Position numbers and translations under genes: made by a program. The notes beneath the pieces were generated by a model, which was not told the DNA's origin, made no database searches, and saw only the letters and a program-made list of their open reading frames with translations. A DNA stretch of 63,844 nucleotides, counting the filler, from Collodictyon triciliatum (lineage: Eukaryota): NCBI GenBank assembly GCA_043381765.1. It is 5 parts of 5 records of this genome, joined end to end, with 100 filler letters (N's around TTAATTAATTAA, not from the genome) between each part and the next. Parts side by side here need not be neighbours in the genome. Positions count along the whole stretch, not along the records: positions 21,034 to 44,802 come from JBHJMP010000437.1; 4 more parts are not named here. One strand, given 5' to 3'. Below are positions 25,320 to 44,902 of this stretch, piece by piece; positions within the stretch are counted from its first letter, which is position 1, and each line of letters opens with the position of its first letter.

Positions 25320-26039
25320 AGCATTTTGGAGGACTGTGATGCTAGCGAGGAGGGCTTTGCTTCTGTTGTCACATTATAGTTTAGAGATGTCTTTTCTTTT
25401 TCTTTTTTATTCTATAAAACAAACCATCTGATAATACCACACGCAATGAAGCTAATCTAGGGCATATAATGCTCATCTCATCAAAGTTTATATGACTTGA
25501 AATGATCTGGTGATAACAAGAACAACAAACAATGAAAAATAAGAATATAAATCCGTGGTTGATATTATATATACATACTATGCATATCTGCGGTAGATTT
25601 AGGCCTATTTGTTTTTATATATCGATAAAGCAAGCCTGATTACTTCATTCATCCCTTTCACATACAAGGAGCATGCAAGACCAACAATGAACGAGCCATT
25701 GCTTCCTTTATTCAAAATCATTGTTATTATTGCTATTACTATAATGATTACTCTTATGTAATCGATGGCTTAAAACAGCGACAAAGAGAATACACAAAAA
25801 GTTTTCATATGGTGTGTTGTACCAGGTTCGTACTTATGGGATTAAAATTTAGTATCATATCTCAAAGGCAATCGGTGAGACAGAGAACACGATGAAATCA
25901 TAATAGAGAAATCGAGATAAAAAAAACGTATAAAGACTGATGGACAACATACAGTTAGGCAGCTTTATTTGTCAGACTTCAAAGCATTTGTGTAAAAGAA
26001 AAGAGGAAAAGAGATATACGTATCACAAAAAGAAAAATA

Positions 26040-31448
<5,409 letters not shown>

Positions 31449-31983
31449 CCAGGTGCCTGCGAGTCCCTCCTCTTTTTTCCCTGCACATCACAGCATATGT
31501 GAGTTTGCAACGACGCGTTTACGCTATAGTGACAGAAGGCCAGCGTGTTTGCGTTGCTTCATCGCTGTGCAACCACTCGACCCTGGCCTGTTTGTATGCC
31601 GACTTTTCTGCAGAAGCCATCAGTTGTCGAAAGAGCAGCCTCGTTCGCACATTCCACTTGCGCGAATGAACAGCTTTCGCGTTGCGGACTATCCAGCGAC
31701 CCCACCAGAACTTATGACTGAATCTTTTTATTTTCCAGAGTTGGTGGGATGAGGAGCCTTCTTACTTAAGCCATGCCACACCAGCGCCGAAAGGATGAGT
31801 TCACAGCACAGAGAGAAGCGAAAGCAGAAGCAGGCCAGAAAGAAGCCGGGCGGTTTATGATGCGTGCGTGGGGTAGGAGGCTGGGACGAAGGTTCGATTG
31901 CAAGCCAACGCCCGTTAGTTTAGAAGAGGCGGAGAGAAAATAAGTGATGTGAAGGCCGCCGGCACGAGCGGCTGCGTCTGGCT

Positions 31984-33623
31984 CTATGCCGAGGTCATGT
32001 GGAGGTATTCGTCCCAGCTGCGGATTTGTCCGGGCTTCTCGGTGTGGCGCACAAGTGCCTCGACGAACAGCTTGGCACAGTTGATGTTGGTAATCAGCGA
32101 GATTCCAAAGTCGGCAGCCCTGCGAGTCATCACAGCAGTCAATCAGAAAGCAGTCTGGTCGTTTACTCGGCTTGTCGCCGTCGTCATGAGGTTGGCTATT
32201 TTCTATGGGTATGTGGAATAAGCCAATCGCCTTACATGCGTCGAATCATATATCCGTTGGTGAGTTCCAGGCGCTCGTTGCTTTTGGGGATGTTGATCAC
32301 CAGGTCAATCTTCTTGGTGGTCAGCAGGTCGCGGATGTTGGGCTCCTTGCGGTCAAGAGGCCAGTAAACCTTATCAGGTTTCAATCAGGGTTGTGAGTGC
32401 GAGATTTTCTTAGACGGACGAAAAAGTAAGCGACATCGAGAAGGAAAGCACGCAGCACACCGTTCGCTTCTTTCGTATGAAATAAACATAGCAGATGATG
32501 AGCTCACAATGGTGTTTGGAACGTCGTTTTCACCAAGGAACTTGGAGGTGCCAGGGCTGGCCAACAACTCGTATCCCAGGCGGTGTAACTCGCGGGCTGT
32601 GGTCATTAGTGTGTCAAAAATGGTAGGATGGCCTTTGCACACCGACAAGCGAAATGAACCCATGGCTAAATGTACAAACCTGACTCCAAGAAGGCAAGCT
32701 TCGACTTGGATGGGCCAGTCGAAAGGAGGATAGTCTTTTTGGGCAGCTTGAAACCTGTGGCAAGAAGAGAGCGAAGGAAAGCCTCATACTTGTCCTCTCC
32801 AAAGCAAGCGACCTGAAGAAGCAAGGCAACAAGCAGAAATCACTTCGGTTAGGGATGGCATATAAAACGCTCGTGAGTCAGGAAGGCAGACAAATAGTCG
32901 CTCCATTACTAAATAGGTATGTTGAATGCCCCGACCTCTCCAGTTGATGCCATTTCCACGCCGAGGACAGGGTCAGCACCGTGCAGGCGAGTAAATGAAA
33001 ATTGAGGAGCTTTGATGGCGACGTAGTCCAATTCAAGAACAAACTTGTTCACCGGAGCAACTGGGACACCCATCATGACCTGGATAGAGAAGAGTATGGT
33101 TTTCAGTGGGTATTTTACGCATGTTTCATGTGGCAGACTTGGAGAACAAAAGGGGAAAGACACACAAGCATCCAATTTGGAGTTTCCACGTAACAAATAT
33201 AACAACCGAAATGAGGCGTACCTTTGCGGCGATGTTGATGAAGTCGATGTTAAATGTCTTTGAGATGAAAGGGAAGGTGCGGGATGCGCGGACGTTACAT
33301 TCGATCACTTTGAGGTCATTGCTCTTGGCAAGATATTGGATGTTGAAGGGACCAGAAATGTTGAGCGCCTTGGCAATCTTCTTTGTCGTAATTTTGACTC
33401 GGCGCATTGTCTCCACATAGAGATTTTGGGCAGGGAGGACCAGAGTAGCATCTCCAGAGTGGACACCAGCATTTTCTACGTGCTCAGAAATGGCGTACAC
33501 GAGGATTTCACCTAGATGATAAAATTTACGTTGGAAAGTTTAGCTTTTTGTGCTTTTTTTTTTGTCTCTGAAAAGCCTGGGTTGAGGTAGTTGAATATAC
33601 TTCTTTATTATTACTATTGTATC

Positions 33624-33660
<37 letters not shown>

Positions 33661-33799
33661 CAAAAAAAGCAAGAAAAAAAAATATTTAAAATCTATTTAN
33701 NNNNNNNNNNNNNNNNNNNNNNNNNNNNNNNNNNNNNNNNNNNNNNNNNNNNNNNNNNNNNNNNNNNNNNNNNNNNNNNNNNNNNNNNNNNNNNNNNNN

Positions 33800-33852
<53 letters not shown>

Positions 33853-36800
33853 ACAACCATTGCGGGCAACAGCATCCATTTCAATCTCTTTAGCTTCTTC
33901 GATAAACTTGGAAATGACGACTGGGTGAAGAGGCGACACATCTGCAGCCTATTTCAAATCATGTGTAAGTTACACAGATGGAGCAAAGTGGTGCCTTTAA
34001 AGACATTTAGGTGCTTTGCTTTTGTTTTAGATGTTCGGTTAACCTGAGCCAGATAGCCATGAAGGTCCTCCTTGGAGTAGGCAATGTTCATAGCAGCACC
34101 ACTGAGCACATATGAAGGTCGGACAAGAATGGGATATCCCACGCGCTCTCCGAATGCTTCTGCCTCTTCAGGGCTTGTCACGCTGCTCCAGTCTGGTTGG
34201 TCCACGTGTATGCTGGCAATATTCATTAGTTTGTGTTATGAAAAAGTAGATGGATTTATGGGTGAAAATGATTGCTATGTTCCAAAGAACTTTTCGTTTT
34301 TTGCAACCGAGAGAAGTGTAAGAGATATTATGATTACCTATCCAAGATGCGAGAGAATTTGGAGCGGTCTTCTGCCTTGTCAATATTCTCGGGGCTTGTA
34401 CCCAAAATCTTAACGTGGTTACGGCTAAGGTCCATGGCAATGTTATTGGGAGTTTGACCTCCGACTAGTATTCAAGTAAATAGTATCAGCATCTCGCGAG
34501 CTGTCAGTGTTTCCATGAAGGCTAGCTTTCTTAGTTATGAATGCAAGTTTACCAGAAACAATAACACCGGTAGAATTTTCCGACTGATAGATATCCAGTA
34601 CTCTCTCCAGCGAGATTTCTTCAAAGTACAAGCGGTCCGCTTCATCATAGTCTGTACTGACCTAAAAGTGCGAGCGTATTAGCAGCTAAATATAATGATA
34701 AATATGCTTCAAAGTATCACTACAGGGCAAAATGCATGAATCAATGCAGCTGCGACATGAAAACAAACTGTTTCAGGGTTATAATTAATCATGATTGTTT
34801 TGTATCCCAGTGAACGAAGAGTTCGAACAGTACTAGATGCCGAAAACAGCGTGAATATGTTGGTAATGATAAATGTAGGATTATGTGCATATGCATATGT
34901 CCAAACAGCCTATTTGCATACCTGACACAGCACCAATCGAACTCGACACTACTGCCTATGCGATAGCAGCCACTTCCAAGCACGATAACACCTTATATTA
35001 GATAATGTATTACGCTCTGGACGGAGTTGAACCTGAAAGTCAAAACTGGTTGACCATGGTGTGTTCCTTACCATTCTCATTAAAGCTCACGTCGTTTTCA
35101 GACCCGTTATAGGTGATATACAAGTAGTTCGTCTTGGCTGGGTACTCGGCTGTGATGAAGCGATACATTAATCATGTGCTTGAAGGACAGAAAGTACAGG
35201 CGTTTCAGAGTCGTTAGAGTGCTTATGCAACAGTCCAGACATTAGAAATTACCTGCGAGAGTGTCAATTTGTTTGACGAATGGCTTCACGCCGAGAGCCA
35301 AACGAGCTGAGCGCACCTAAGTTCGAGGTAGAAAGGAGGCTGTCGTGATAAGTGGTGCAGATTATACAAAGTTGGGCCACTGATGTAGTCATATGCATAG
35401 CGGGATGGGAATGGGACCTCCATCTCGGTGCTTTTGCAGAGGCGGGCAATTTTAGCATCTGCGAATCCAAGCTGCTTGGAGTGGATGAAGAGTTCCTTCG
35501 AGATTGCTGGAAGTTCCAAACCGCCAAGTTTTGCCTCCAAGTCGATAACGTTCTTGAGCTTATAAAGGAACCTGCATGAAACATTTTCAAGATCAAAATT
35601 AAGATGGAGAGAAAAAAAAACATCATTAACCTAATTTATCTATATGTACGATTAGAGAGCGAAAGATTATTGTGATTGTCTTTACCATTTGTCAATCTTT
35701 GTGAGGTCATAGATGCGGTCCACTGTATACCCCTTCTTCAGGGCGAATGCCAGGGCAAAAATACGAGCTGGGGTCGCATTCTCGAGGAGGTGGTCCAAGT
35801 CCTCTAAGGTAAGACCCTTGTCCTCGAATCCTAGGGCGGAGGGGTCCACCATGCGGATGGCCTTCTGGAAGGCTTCTTCGAACTTGCGCCCGATGGACAT
35901 GACTTCGCCCACACTTTTCATAGCACTTCCCAAAAGCGGGTCTGCGTTGTAGAACTTGCTCAAGTCCCATCTCGGAATCTGATTTGGTAGGCTAGTTCAG
36001 AAGAATTGGTATTGAGGTGTCCTCTAGTAAACGATAGCTAGCCTAAATTTCAGTGGTTTGTTCAATCTGGATATAAATGGATTTTAGAGTAACCTTGACG
36101 ACAACGTAGTCCAAGCTGGGTTCGAAACATGCTGTAGTCACGCGAGTAATCGAATTCTTAATTTCTGGGAGGGTCATATTAAGGGCGAGTTTTGAGGCAA
36201 CAAAGGCAAGCTATGGTAGAATAGAGAGGTTAGATAATTATATATGTGTTTCTGGTCGGCGAAACGGGCATTGATATGGGTGACAAATAAAGGAACTATG
36301 TGAGTGGCATGAAGATGAGACCCACAGGATATCCAGTAGCTTTAGACGCCAGAGCGCTACTGCGGGACAAGCGGGCGTTGACTTCAATCACAAACACCTT
36401 TTGTATAATAATATGTTCAGAGATGGGATATTGCGAACCCGAAGGCTTACGCTAAAACAGGAATGAAGAGGAAGGTAGTAAATCTGAGATTTTAACATAG
36501 TTTAAGGATGGGTTATAATAAGCTCCATAAATGTGATGGGCTCTGACTACTCACTTCTTCAGAGTTGGGGTCAAGAGCATACTGGATATTGCACTCACCA
36601 ACAACACCAAGGTGACGAATGACCTTTCCGTTAATAAGTTAAACATCCGGGTTATAATGGCGGTGGGCTCAACTGTAAATAATGGCGTGCTAATATGTCC
36701 AAAAGTTGGTTACCTTAATCGCTAATGTGCGTAACATATAGTATTCCTCGTTGGAAAGAGTCTGTGAAGGGGCGATGACGATAGAGTCCCCGGTATGAAT

Positions 36801-39800
36801 TCCAAGAGGATCAAAGTTCTCCATATTACAAACCTATGAAGTAATGATAAGCATCAGTATTTTTTTATGTAGCCAAGGAAATGTACGTTTCGTGGTATTT
36901 ATCGTTGAGACTGTCTTACTGTGATGCAGTTGTTTGCGCAGTCGCGGACAACTTCGTACTCAATTTCCTAACATTATGGATTAATCGGGTTAACCATGTA
37001 TCTTTGAATGGTACTTTTTTTTTTTTTTTTTGTTGACGATCTCAATTATCCATGAGTTATCGTTGGTGTTTTGTTCTAGTGATAACCATCCGAGAGTTTT
37101 TAGCTTGTCTTACCTTCCATCCCTTGAGGGACTTATCAATAAGCACTTGTTCTGATGAGGCTAGGGCCTTCTCGGCAAGTTTGACAAGCTCATCTTCGTT
37201 ATTGGCGAATCCAGAACCAAGTCCTCCCAAGGCGAAGGCAGCACGAAGGATGACAGGATATCTGTTGAAGTTAGAATGTGATTGAGGCTAACCCAGCATA
37301 TGGATAAACGCTCAGACTTATTCGTGTAAGTGCTGGGTTTGGTCTTCTTACCCAATCTTTGCAGCGACAGCCTTAGCTCCTTCGACGGTGGTGGCAGAGT
37401 CAGAAGGGGCAACCTTAACTCCAATTTCAGCCAGCTTCTGGGCAAAGACTTCTCTGTCTTCGGTGGCGATGATAGTGGAGACTGAGGTTCCGAGGACTCT
37501 GACACCATGTTCTCTCAAAACACCCATTTGGTCGAGTTGAATACCACAGTTGAGGGCGGTCTGTCCACCGCAGGAAAGGATGATTCCGTCGGGCTTCTCA
37601 CGCTTGATAACGTCAATCACAAACTCGGGCTTGACTGGTATGAAATAGACTCTGTCGGCAAGACCCTTCGAGGTTTGAATGGTTGCGATATTTGGATTGA
37701 CCAGGATGGTGTAAATGCCTTCCTCCTTGAGAGCCTTGATGCATTGAGAGCCCGAGTAATCAAACTCTCCGGCCTGGCCAATCGAAAGGCCGCCCGAGCC
37801 AAGGACAAGGACTCTGCGAACGCTTACCTTTTCGATGTTGACGGGTGCCTGCACAGGGACTGAGATACTTTCAGGGGACTTTTTATACTCACGAACGGTG
37901 GCGAGGAACTTCTCAAAGAGGTAGTCAGTATCGGTGGGTCCGCCCTTAGCTTCTGGGTGAAACTGAACGCTGAAGAAGGGCTTCTTAATGTGGTAGATGC
38001 CTTCATTGCTGCCGTCGTTGGCATTTACGAAGTAAGGCTTCCAACCCTCAGGGAGTGATGTGGTATCGACAGCAAATCCGTGGTTCTGTGGGGTGATGTA
38101 GCAGTTTTGTGTGAGAAGGTCGATGCAGGGCTGGTTCATCCCGCGATTGCCAAACTTCATCTTGTAGGTCTTTGCGCCTGTGGCAAGGGCTAGCAACTGG
38201 TTTCCTAAGCAGATACCAAAGATGGGTTTGTCTTTCTCGAGTGCCCTCTGCAAGTTCTGCACGGTCTTCCACGCCATAGTGGGGTCACCAGGGCCGTTGC
38301 TGATGAAAAGACCGTCCCAATCCTCGTCCTTGGTGAAGTCGTAATCCCAAGGGACAATCTGGATTCAGGGTCGTGTGATTTCAACTCGTTAGATGATATT
38401 TAAATGATTTGACATTTCTTCAGAGATCAAGGCCAGCAAAACAGAAGGAAAAGTAAGAGATTTGGACGTGTCCAGAGGGTTTTACAATTACCTTCAGTGT
38501 AACACCACGTTGGAGGAAGCAGCGGACGATGTTGTACTTCATTCCGCAGTCAACAGCGATGATGGTGACATCACCAGACCCGAGAATCTTGGGCTCCTAT
38601 GCGAATTATTTGAGATTTAGATTAAGGTATATATTTGGATATGTTCTAGTTGATTTCCTCTTTTTCTTTTATTTTGATGAGCAGAGGACCAAATAATGGG
38701 CGAGAGTCCATGGAGCATGTTTTCCTTACCTTAACAGATACCTCGGCAACAAGGTTGCGTCGGTTGGGGTCATCGAAGTCGACTGCATCGTCGGGAGCTC
38801 CAACCACCAGTTTACTGAGGATAACTCCCTGGAAGAAAAAAAAAGAAAGAGAATTGAATAGTGATAAAGTATGAGACGATAAAAACGAGGGGAAAAAGAG
38901 CGGTGCGAAGGTCTCGTATTTCATTTGCCTGCGTGGGTTTGATATTCTCAACAAAAGTAGCAAGCAAGATATGCAATACGAACTTCGGATCTGATTTTTT
39001 TCGTCAGGAGCCTGGTGTCAACACCATAGAGGGCAGGGATGTTATGCTGAACAAGCCAGTCCGAGAGCGAGCGCTTGCTGTTCCAGTGGCTGTGATCATT
39101 TGAGTAGTCGCTGACTATCAGACCCGTGATGTGGATTTCCTCAGATTCAAAGAACTTCTTCAGGCCGTACTCGTCCACCTGAGTGAGTGAGTGAGTGAGT
39201 GAGTGAGTGAGTGAGTGAGTGAGTGAGTGAGTGAGTGAGTGAGTGAGTGAGTGAGTGAGTGAGTGAGTGAGTGAGTGAGTGAGTGAGTGAGTGAGTGAGT
39301 GAGTGAGTGAGTGAGTGAGTGAGTGAGTGAGACCCACCATAGTCAGCATGAAATGATGGAATACAGAAAGAATTCATGCCACAGCAAGGGAGGAAAGAGA
39401 AAGAAAGAAAGAAAAAGGACAAGGACAAGTACAAGAGACCGTCTCCAAAGACAATAGTATTTTGACGGACAAAGGAGGGCACTGGGCTGTTCAGGTGCGG
39501 CATCGGCCCGCCCAACATCGCAGCCACAGCAGAGGCGTACGAAGAGAAGCAAACAGCAAAGAGAATAGTGCACACCTCGTCGGAAGGGACACCGTAGTTG
39601 CCGATGAGCGGGAAGGTCAGCACGAGGATTTGGCCGCGGTAGGACGGGTCGGTGAGGGCCTCCGGATATCCCACCATTCCTGCAGGGGCGAGGAGAAGAA
39701 GGAGAGCGGCCGAGTGAGTGGATAGAATGCTGCCGTGCTTGCGTCGCTTTCATGTCCCTTCTCTCTGCATGTTTGTTTGGCCTGGCAAAGGCCGTGCTTG

Positions 39801-39925
39801 GACCTACCGGTGTTGAATACGAGCTCGCCGGCCACAGCGCGCTTGGCGCCAAAGGAGACGCCTTCGTAGACGGAGCCGTCCGAGAGGATGAGGCGGCCGG
39901 TGTCTGCTTCGGTTGCGGTTGTCAT
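31984..39925 (-). CDS. Glutamine-dependent carbamoyl-phosphate synthetase; small and large subunits fused, no DHOase/ATCase
   Basis: [21 protein letters not shown], GATase triad ([14 protein letters not shown]), [19 protein letters not shown], two ATP-grasp halves, MGS-like tail ...[14 protein letters not shown]. More than 20 introns, all GT-AG. Confidence 0.96.
39180..39331. repeat. (GAGT)n microsatellite abutting a CPS splice acceptor
   Basis: Direct reading; (TCAC)n on the coding strand runs into CAG|GTGGAC. Confidence 0.95.
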
Positions 39926-41375
39926 GCGGATGCGCTTGTCGGGTGGGCGCTTGTCGGGCTGCTGCTTGAACTAGTGAGCGGGTTGGATTATGGAAGAGGC
40001 TTGTTTGTGGTTGTGGTTGGGTTTGTTTCTGCCGTGTGTGAGAGTTTAGCGTGGGATTATGGCTGTGCGTTGTACTTTACTAGAGTGGCGTACTTATGGA
40101 ATGCAGCAGGGTTGGGCATGGCGAGTTTAAATAGATCTCTGTTTGTGTGCCCGTGCTTCGGTTGCTTTGGTGCTTGTGGTCGTGTGCCGGAGAAAACGCG
40201 TGCGTGATTGACACGCGCGTGGAATATCGTTGGGGGAGTGCAAGTAATAAAATAGAAAGAAAAACAAACAGAATGTGTGGTGATTTCTTTGGGTATTTGT
40301 GATTTGGTTGCTTGATTGGCGGTGTGGTAGTTAAATATTTTTTATTTTTTTTTATTGTTATTCTCTCTTTTTTTTTCTTTTTTTTTTGGTTTGGTTTGAA
40401 TATGTGGCGGTGGGGATACAATGAAATAAAACAGGCACGAGCCGAAACTGAGGAACAGTGCGGAAAAGAAAACTAGCAACGCTCGTAGGCAGATATGTGT
40501 GTGCCCCATTCCATCAGTGAGGCCGCTGATTGGATACGGTCCATCGAGGTGTGGGCTGTTTGTTTATTAGATTTAACGCTTGTTCAACGGCCTCCCCGTT
40601 GATATTGCTTTGCTGGGACTTGTATTGGTAGCTGCGTCTGCCTTTTGCTCTTGGACCACAAGTTGTAGCGACGTGCAAAAGCAACAATGCGGTCGCGTTT
40701 GTTGGGTATCACGCCCTCATGCCTCTGATTGCTGCTGTTTTTTGGTTCCATTTGCTTAGTTTTAGTTTAGCTTTATTTGATTCCCTTCGGTTTGGTGTGG
40801 GTTAAGACCCTACCTAGCGCTTAAGGCCACGCTTGCGCGAGCTAATAGTAACACAATCTATTGTTATTGTATATTTTTTCACCATTGATTTTTTTATTCA
40901 AAAACAAAAACAAGAAACAAAAAAAAGATATAGTAATGATTTGTGGGCTACCAAGATGAGATGCGTGTATTCGGACGTATGCTGTGGTTTCTCAAGCTCG
41001 TGTGTGTTTGACGATGCAGAGAATTATGCACCCCGTTCCTTCTTTTCAAGTAATAATTGAATGGCCTAAGTCGACATAGTGGTTTTTCGCACCCACAACA
41101 AATATCACCCTGGGAGAGCGTTGCTCCAAAGTCTCGTGCTACCCTCCAGTTCTGACCTGTTCTGAGGGAGAGGTTCTACACCCTTGTGTTCTTGACGCTT
41201 CAACGCCAATCGTGACCAAACAGTCATCGGTGCATATTTGGCATTTATTCAGTCTCGAAAGTCAACCTTTGAGGATAATATATCACGACTCTCAAGATAG
41301 TTTTAGTCTTTTACTTATATCAGAAATGATTATATAAAAAAAAAAAACAGCGGGTTCGACCATATTGAGTGCGTT

Positions 41376-44300
41376 TTATTTTATCTCATGTGAAAGGGTG
41401 TAGGAAACGTAGGGGAAGAATTCCTCTTGGGTTTCCTCTTCCTGTTCGCTGGTGTGTTACAGCAGGAATTTTAACATTACTTTTTTTAAAAAATAAGAAC
41501 AAGAAACAAACAACTTTATCCGCATAATCAATGGTTATTGCTGCTGTTCATACAAATTTCTTTTCAATAATATAGTTGTTTTATTATTTTGCATTTTTAT
41601 TTTTATTCTAGATTAAATAAACCTGAGCCCCATAGAGCTAAGGTGCCCACAGAAGCGATGCAAAACTTTCCTTATCCTTTTTTCATTCTTTTTTGGTGGC
41701 TATAAAAAGTCGCACAATTTACACAGATTGCTTTTAATGAACCAAAAGTCTGTTTTATGACAAAGTTTCGTTTCTTAAATTCAAACAATCCCACCGCTAG
41801 CAAAATGCTGGAGAATGAAGCAGGAAGCCCGTATCTTAGTATCGACTCTACAAATATCCTGATTGCTGTGGTATGGAAAAGAGACCAGGAAATTAATATT
41901 GTCCTATTCTAAATTTAGATATCATCGTTTAGGTTTCAAACTACAAATCTGAAAAGAACCTTTTATATGAATCCAACTTCTATAGCATTCGCTGAATTGA
42001 ATGACACACCACTTTTGAAATAACTCCTATACAGAAAGCATTAGAAGTTATATATAAATAGTTTTTTCTTCTTCTGTTCGTGGCCTTCTATCGAGGGTAA
42101 ATACGATAAACCATACCGATGTAAGTTCGAAATTGTCGGACATTTCCTTGCGCTGGTCTCTAGATTTCTGGATGGAATAACATGGTAATGTATAAATATA
42201 TATATATATATGTTATTGCGTAAAATAAATGAAAGAGATTGAGTTCACATATAACAATTTAAACCGATAAACGTCATGAATCCAAAATAAGAAGAAGGAA
42301 AAAACCTCGATTGAGGAAGCATCAAAATCCCGAACTGTGTATCTTAACAATTTGGTTTGGTGGGAAAAAATTATTAAACCCTATACATTACCATGAGGTA
42401 GGGGTAATTTAGTGTACCTTTTCTCTCTAGCTGCCAATTTAAAATCGTCAACGACCCTTCGGAACAAGATAACTATATAAATTGAATTTAAAATAAAGCT
42501 TAGACGATTAATTGGTGTATATGTGAATTTGAGACCATATATGTATTATTAAATTATTTTATTTGTGGAGGGACTCCTGCAAACCTCGATATAACCCATA
42601 TTCATTATCAGATATCAAAAGTCTGTTGTATGTTTAATGTAAGTAATGATAGGACAGAATATAAATGTATTTGCTTGCCCACTTATTTTTTTTTTCAGGA
42701 AATAAATTACTTTGATGACCGTGGAACCACAAACTTTGAGAGAGTTTCATAAGTTGACAACCACTCGTTTGTAGAGAAGCTATATTATGGTGAAACGCAT
42801 GTTAAACAAGCCTTATTCTCATCTACGCCTATGAAGATATCTGAGGATGTTGGTTTGGTTTTTTTTTTCTATCTTACTTTGGTACAGCGACAATTAGGGT
42901 AGTTAGATTCTCTGACTCGATTATGTCGTCCTTTTTTACAATGGCGTCAAGAGAACGAACTAAAAGATTGGACCTGAGGATTAGGAAAGAAAAATTATTA
43001 GGAAACTGAGTTGGACATTCTCTGTTTCTAATATTTTAATTGTCCTTTTCCTTGAAGTTGTGATTTACAAAACAAATTATCGTAACATATAGTAAAGTAA
43101 TAATAGGAGGGTGATGAATGTATAACCAACTGTGCTTTTCGATCGGCATTGCTGATCGCTGTTTTTGCTGAAGAGAATTCTTGAAGCTTGGCTTTGAATT
43201 GATCTTCAATATCTTTGACTTCCTGTACATTAAAGAATGGACAAATTGTGTGGCACGTGAACGGATGAATTATTTCCTATGAACAAATCATCCCTTCGCT
43301 ACACAGCTTTAAGAAGGAATACCCCTTTTTCAACTATGTAATTTTTTATTTTGGCAAAAATAACTTTGGATACGTTAATCAAAATTTTATCTAATTTTAT
43401 TTATTTGTCTTACTGCAGCAATCTGGGAAGCAATGTTGGCTGTGGATGTATTTAGTGGATATCGGGCTTCATCCCATCGAAAATGTCTCAAAAAATGAGG
43501 AAGCCTGGCTAAAAATAAGTGTTATTATGTGTGCACAGAAAAATATTATGAATTCTATGAATCCATGTAATATCAAAAGACATTAAAAAAATCATTGAGT
43601 GGGAATATTTATTTTGCGGGTGTCCTTGATTTTGTATAAATGAATTATTCCTCCACAAACTCATATTTATCATGAAAGTGTGTGGGGCATCTTTGGGTGA
43701 CATTTCCAGCAGTTGTCTCGCCAGTTTCTTCGTCACAGACTAAGTCATTTGCATGTGATTTTACAATCCATCGATAAACAAAAATACTAAAAGTAAATAA
43801 ACTCATGATTCCGAATGTTGTATTATTTATTATATGTACGTGGAATAAATAATCCAACACCGAATTTGAAATTTACAACTTTTGGTCAATATAAACGTGG
43901 TGTGAGATTTTCTTTTCGTCTGTTCTTTTCTTAATTTTAAAAACAAAACAAATCAAATCAAACAAAAAACAAAAAACCCCGAATATCAAAAGCTAAAGAC
44001 AAACTTCCAAGTAGGGGTCAATTCTGATAAGGTCATCGCTCAGTCCCATCATCGAGTCCAAAGTTCCTATCTTCAAGTCAGGCACGAGGAACTCAAAAAT
44101 CTTTTTAAGGATAAGTTAAATAATAATAGTAAAATCAAGTTATGTAATCTAGTAGATTGTGGAAAATCGTGTCATATAGCCATACGAATAAGCTATCTCT
44201 TTGAGAATAACTAAATAAGTATGAAGGCAACGAAGCTTCATAAAATGGAATGAATTGAAAAAGCAACTCTATGGGGGAAAGGATGATAATACTCATGCGT

Positions 44301-44629
44301 AAGAAAAGGTACATCTCCTTGCTCGGCCGAGACTTGGCTTTTCAACTGGTTATACACATATTGTTTCCTTCCTGGCTGTTCATTTAAAGAGATAGAGATT
44401 GATCATTTAAGTATTAGCTGTGGGCTTTCTGTATATTTTTTTATAAAGAAAAAATGTTTTTTTTTGAGCCAGACGGATTTCTCTACCTGAAAAGATTGTA
44501 AAAATTATTTGGACAGAATAAAATATTGGACGAGGCTGGGGAAGTAAAAAAAAAAAAAAAGCTAGAAACACGAGTCCTACACACCTCAGCAGGAACAGAG
44601 ACAAACCAGTAGGTCAGCTGATCCTCCAT
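41376..44629 (-). CDS. ATP6V1C: V-type proton ATPase subunit C
   Basis: [92 protein letters not shown]; GT-AG introns. Confidence 0.95.
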
Positions 44630-44802
44630 AATGTGACTTGTGTACCTCCTATAGGCTGAGTGGCTTAGCTGAATCGATTTATCTTAACCATTCTATCTAA
44701 CTTCAACTTTTTTCTTTTTTTTCTTTTTTTCTTTTTCTTTTTCTTTTTTCTTTTTTCTTTTTTCTTTTTCTTTTTTCTTTTTCTTTTTTCTTTTTCTTTT
44801 TT

Positions 44803-44902
44803 NNNNNNNNNNNNNNNNNNNNNNNNNNNNNNNNNNNNNNNNNNNNTTAATTAATTAANNNNNNNNNNNNNNNNNNNNNNNNNNNNNNNNNNNNNNNNNN
44901 NN
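44803..44902. other. Artificial contig linker
   Basis: TTAATTAATTAA at 44847-44858 between N runs. Confidence 0.97.

Noticed and set aside
44101..44312. V-ATPase C intron with GTACCTTTT donor and TCCTTAA near the acceptor
   Set aside because: Donor lacks the GTATCC core and the branch-like motif is too close to the AG.
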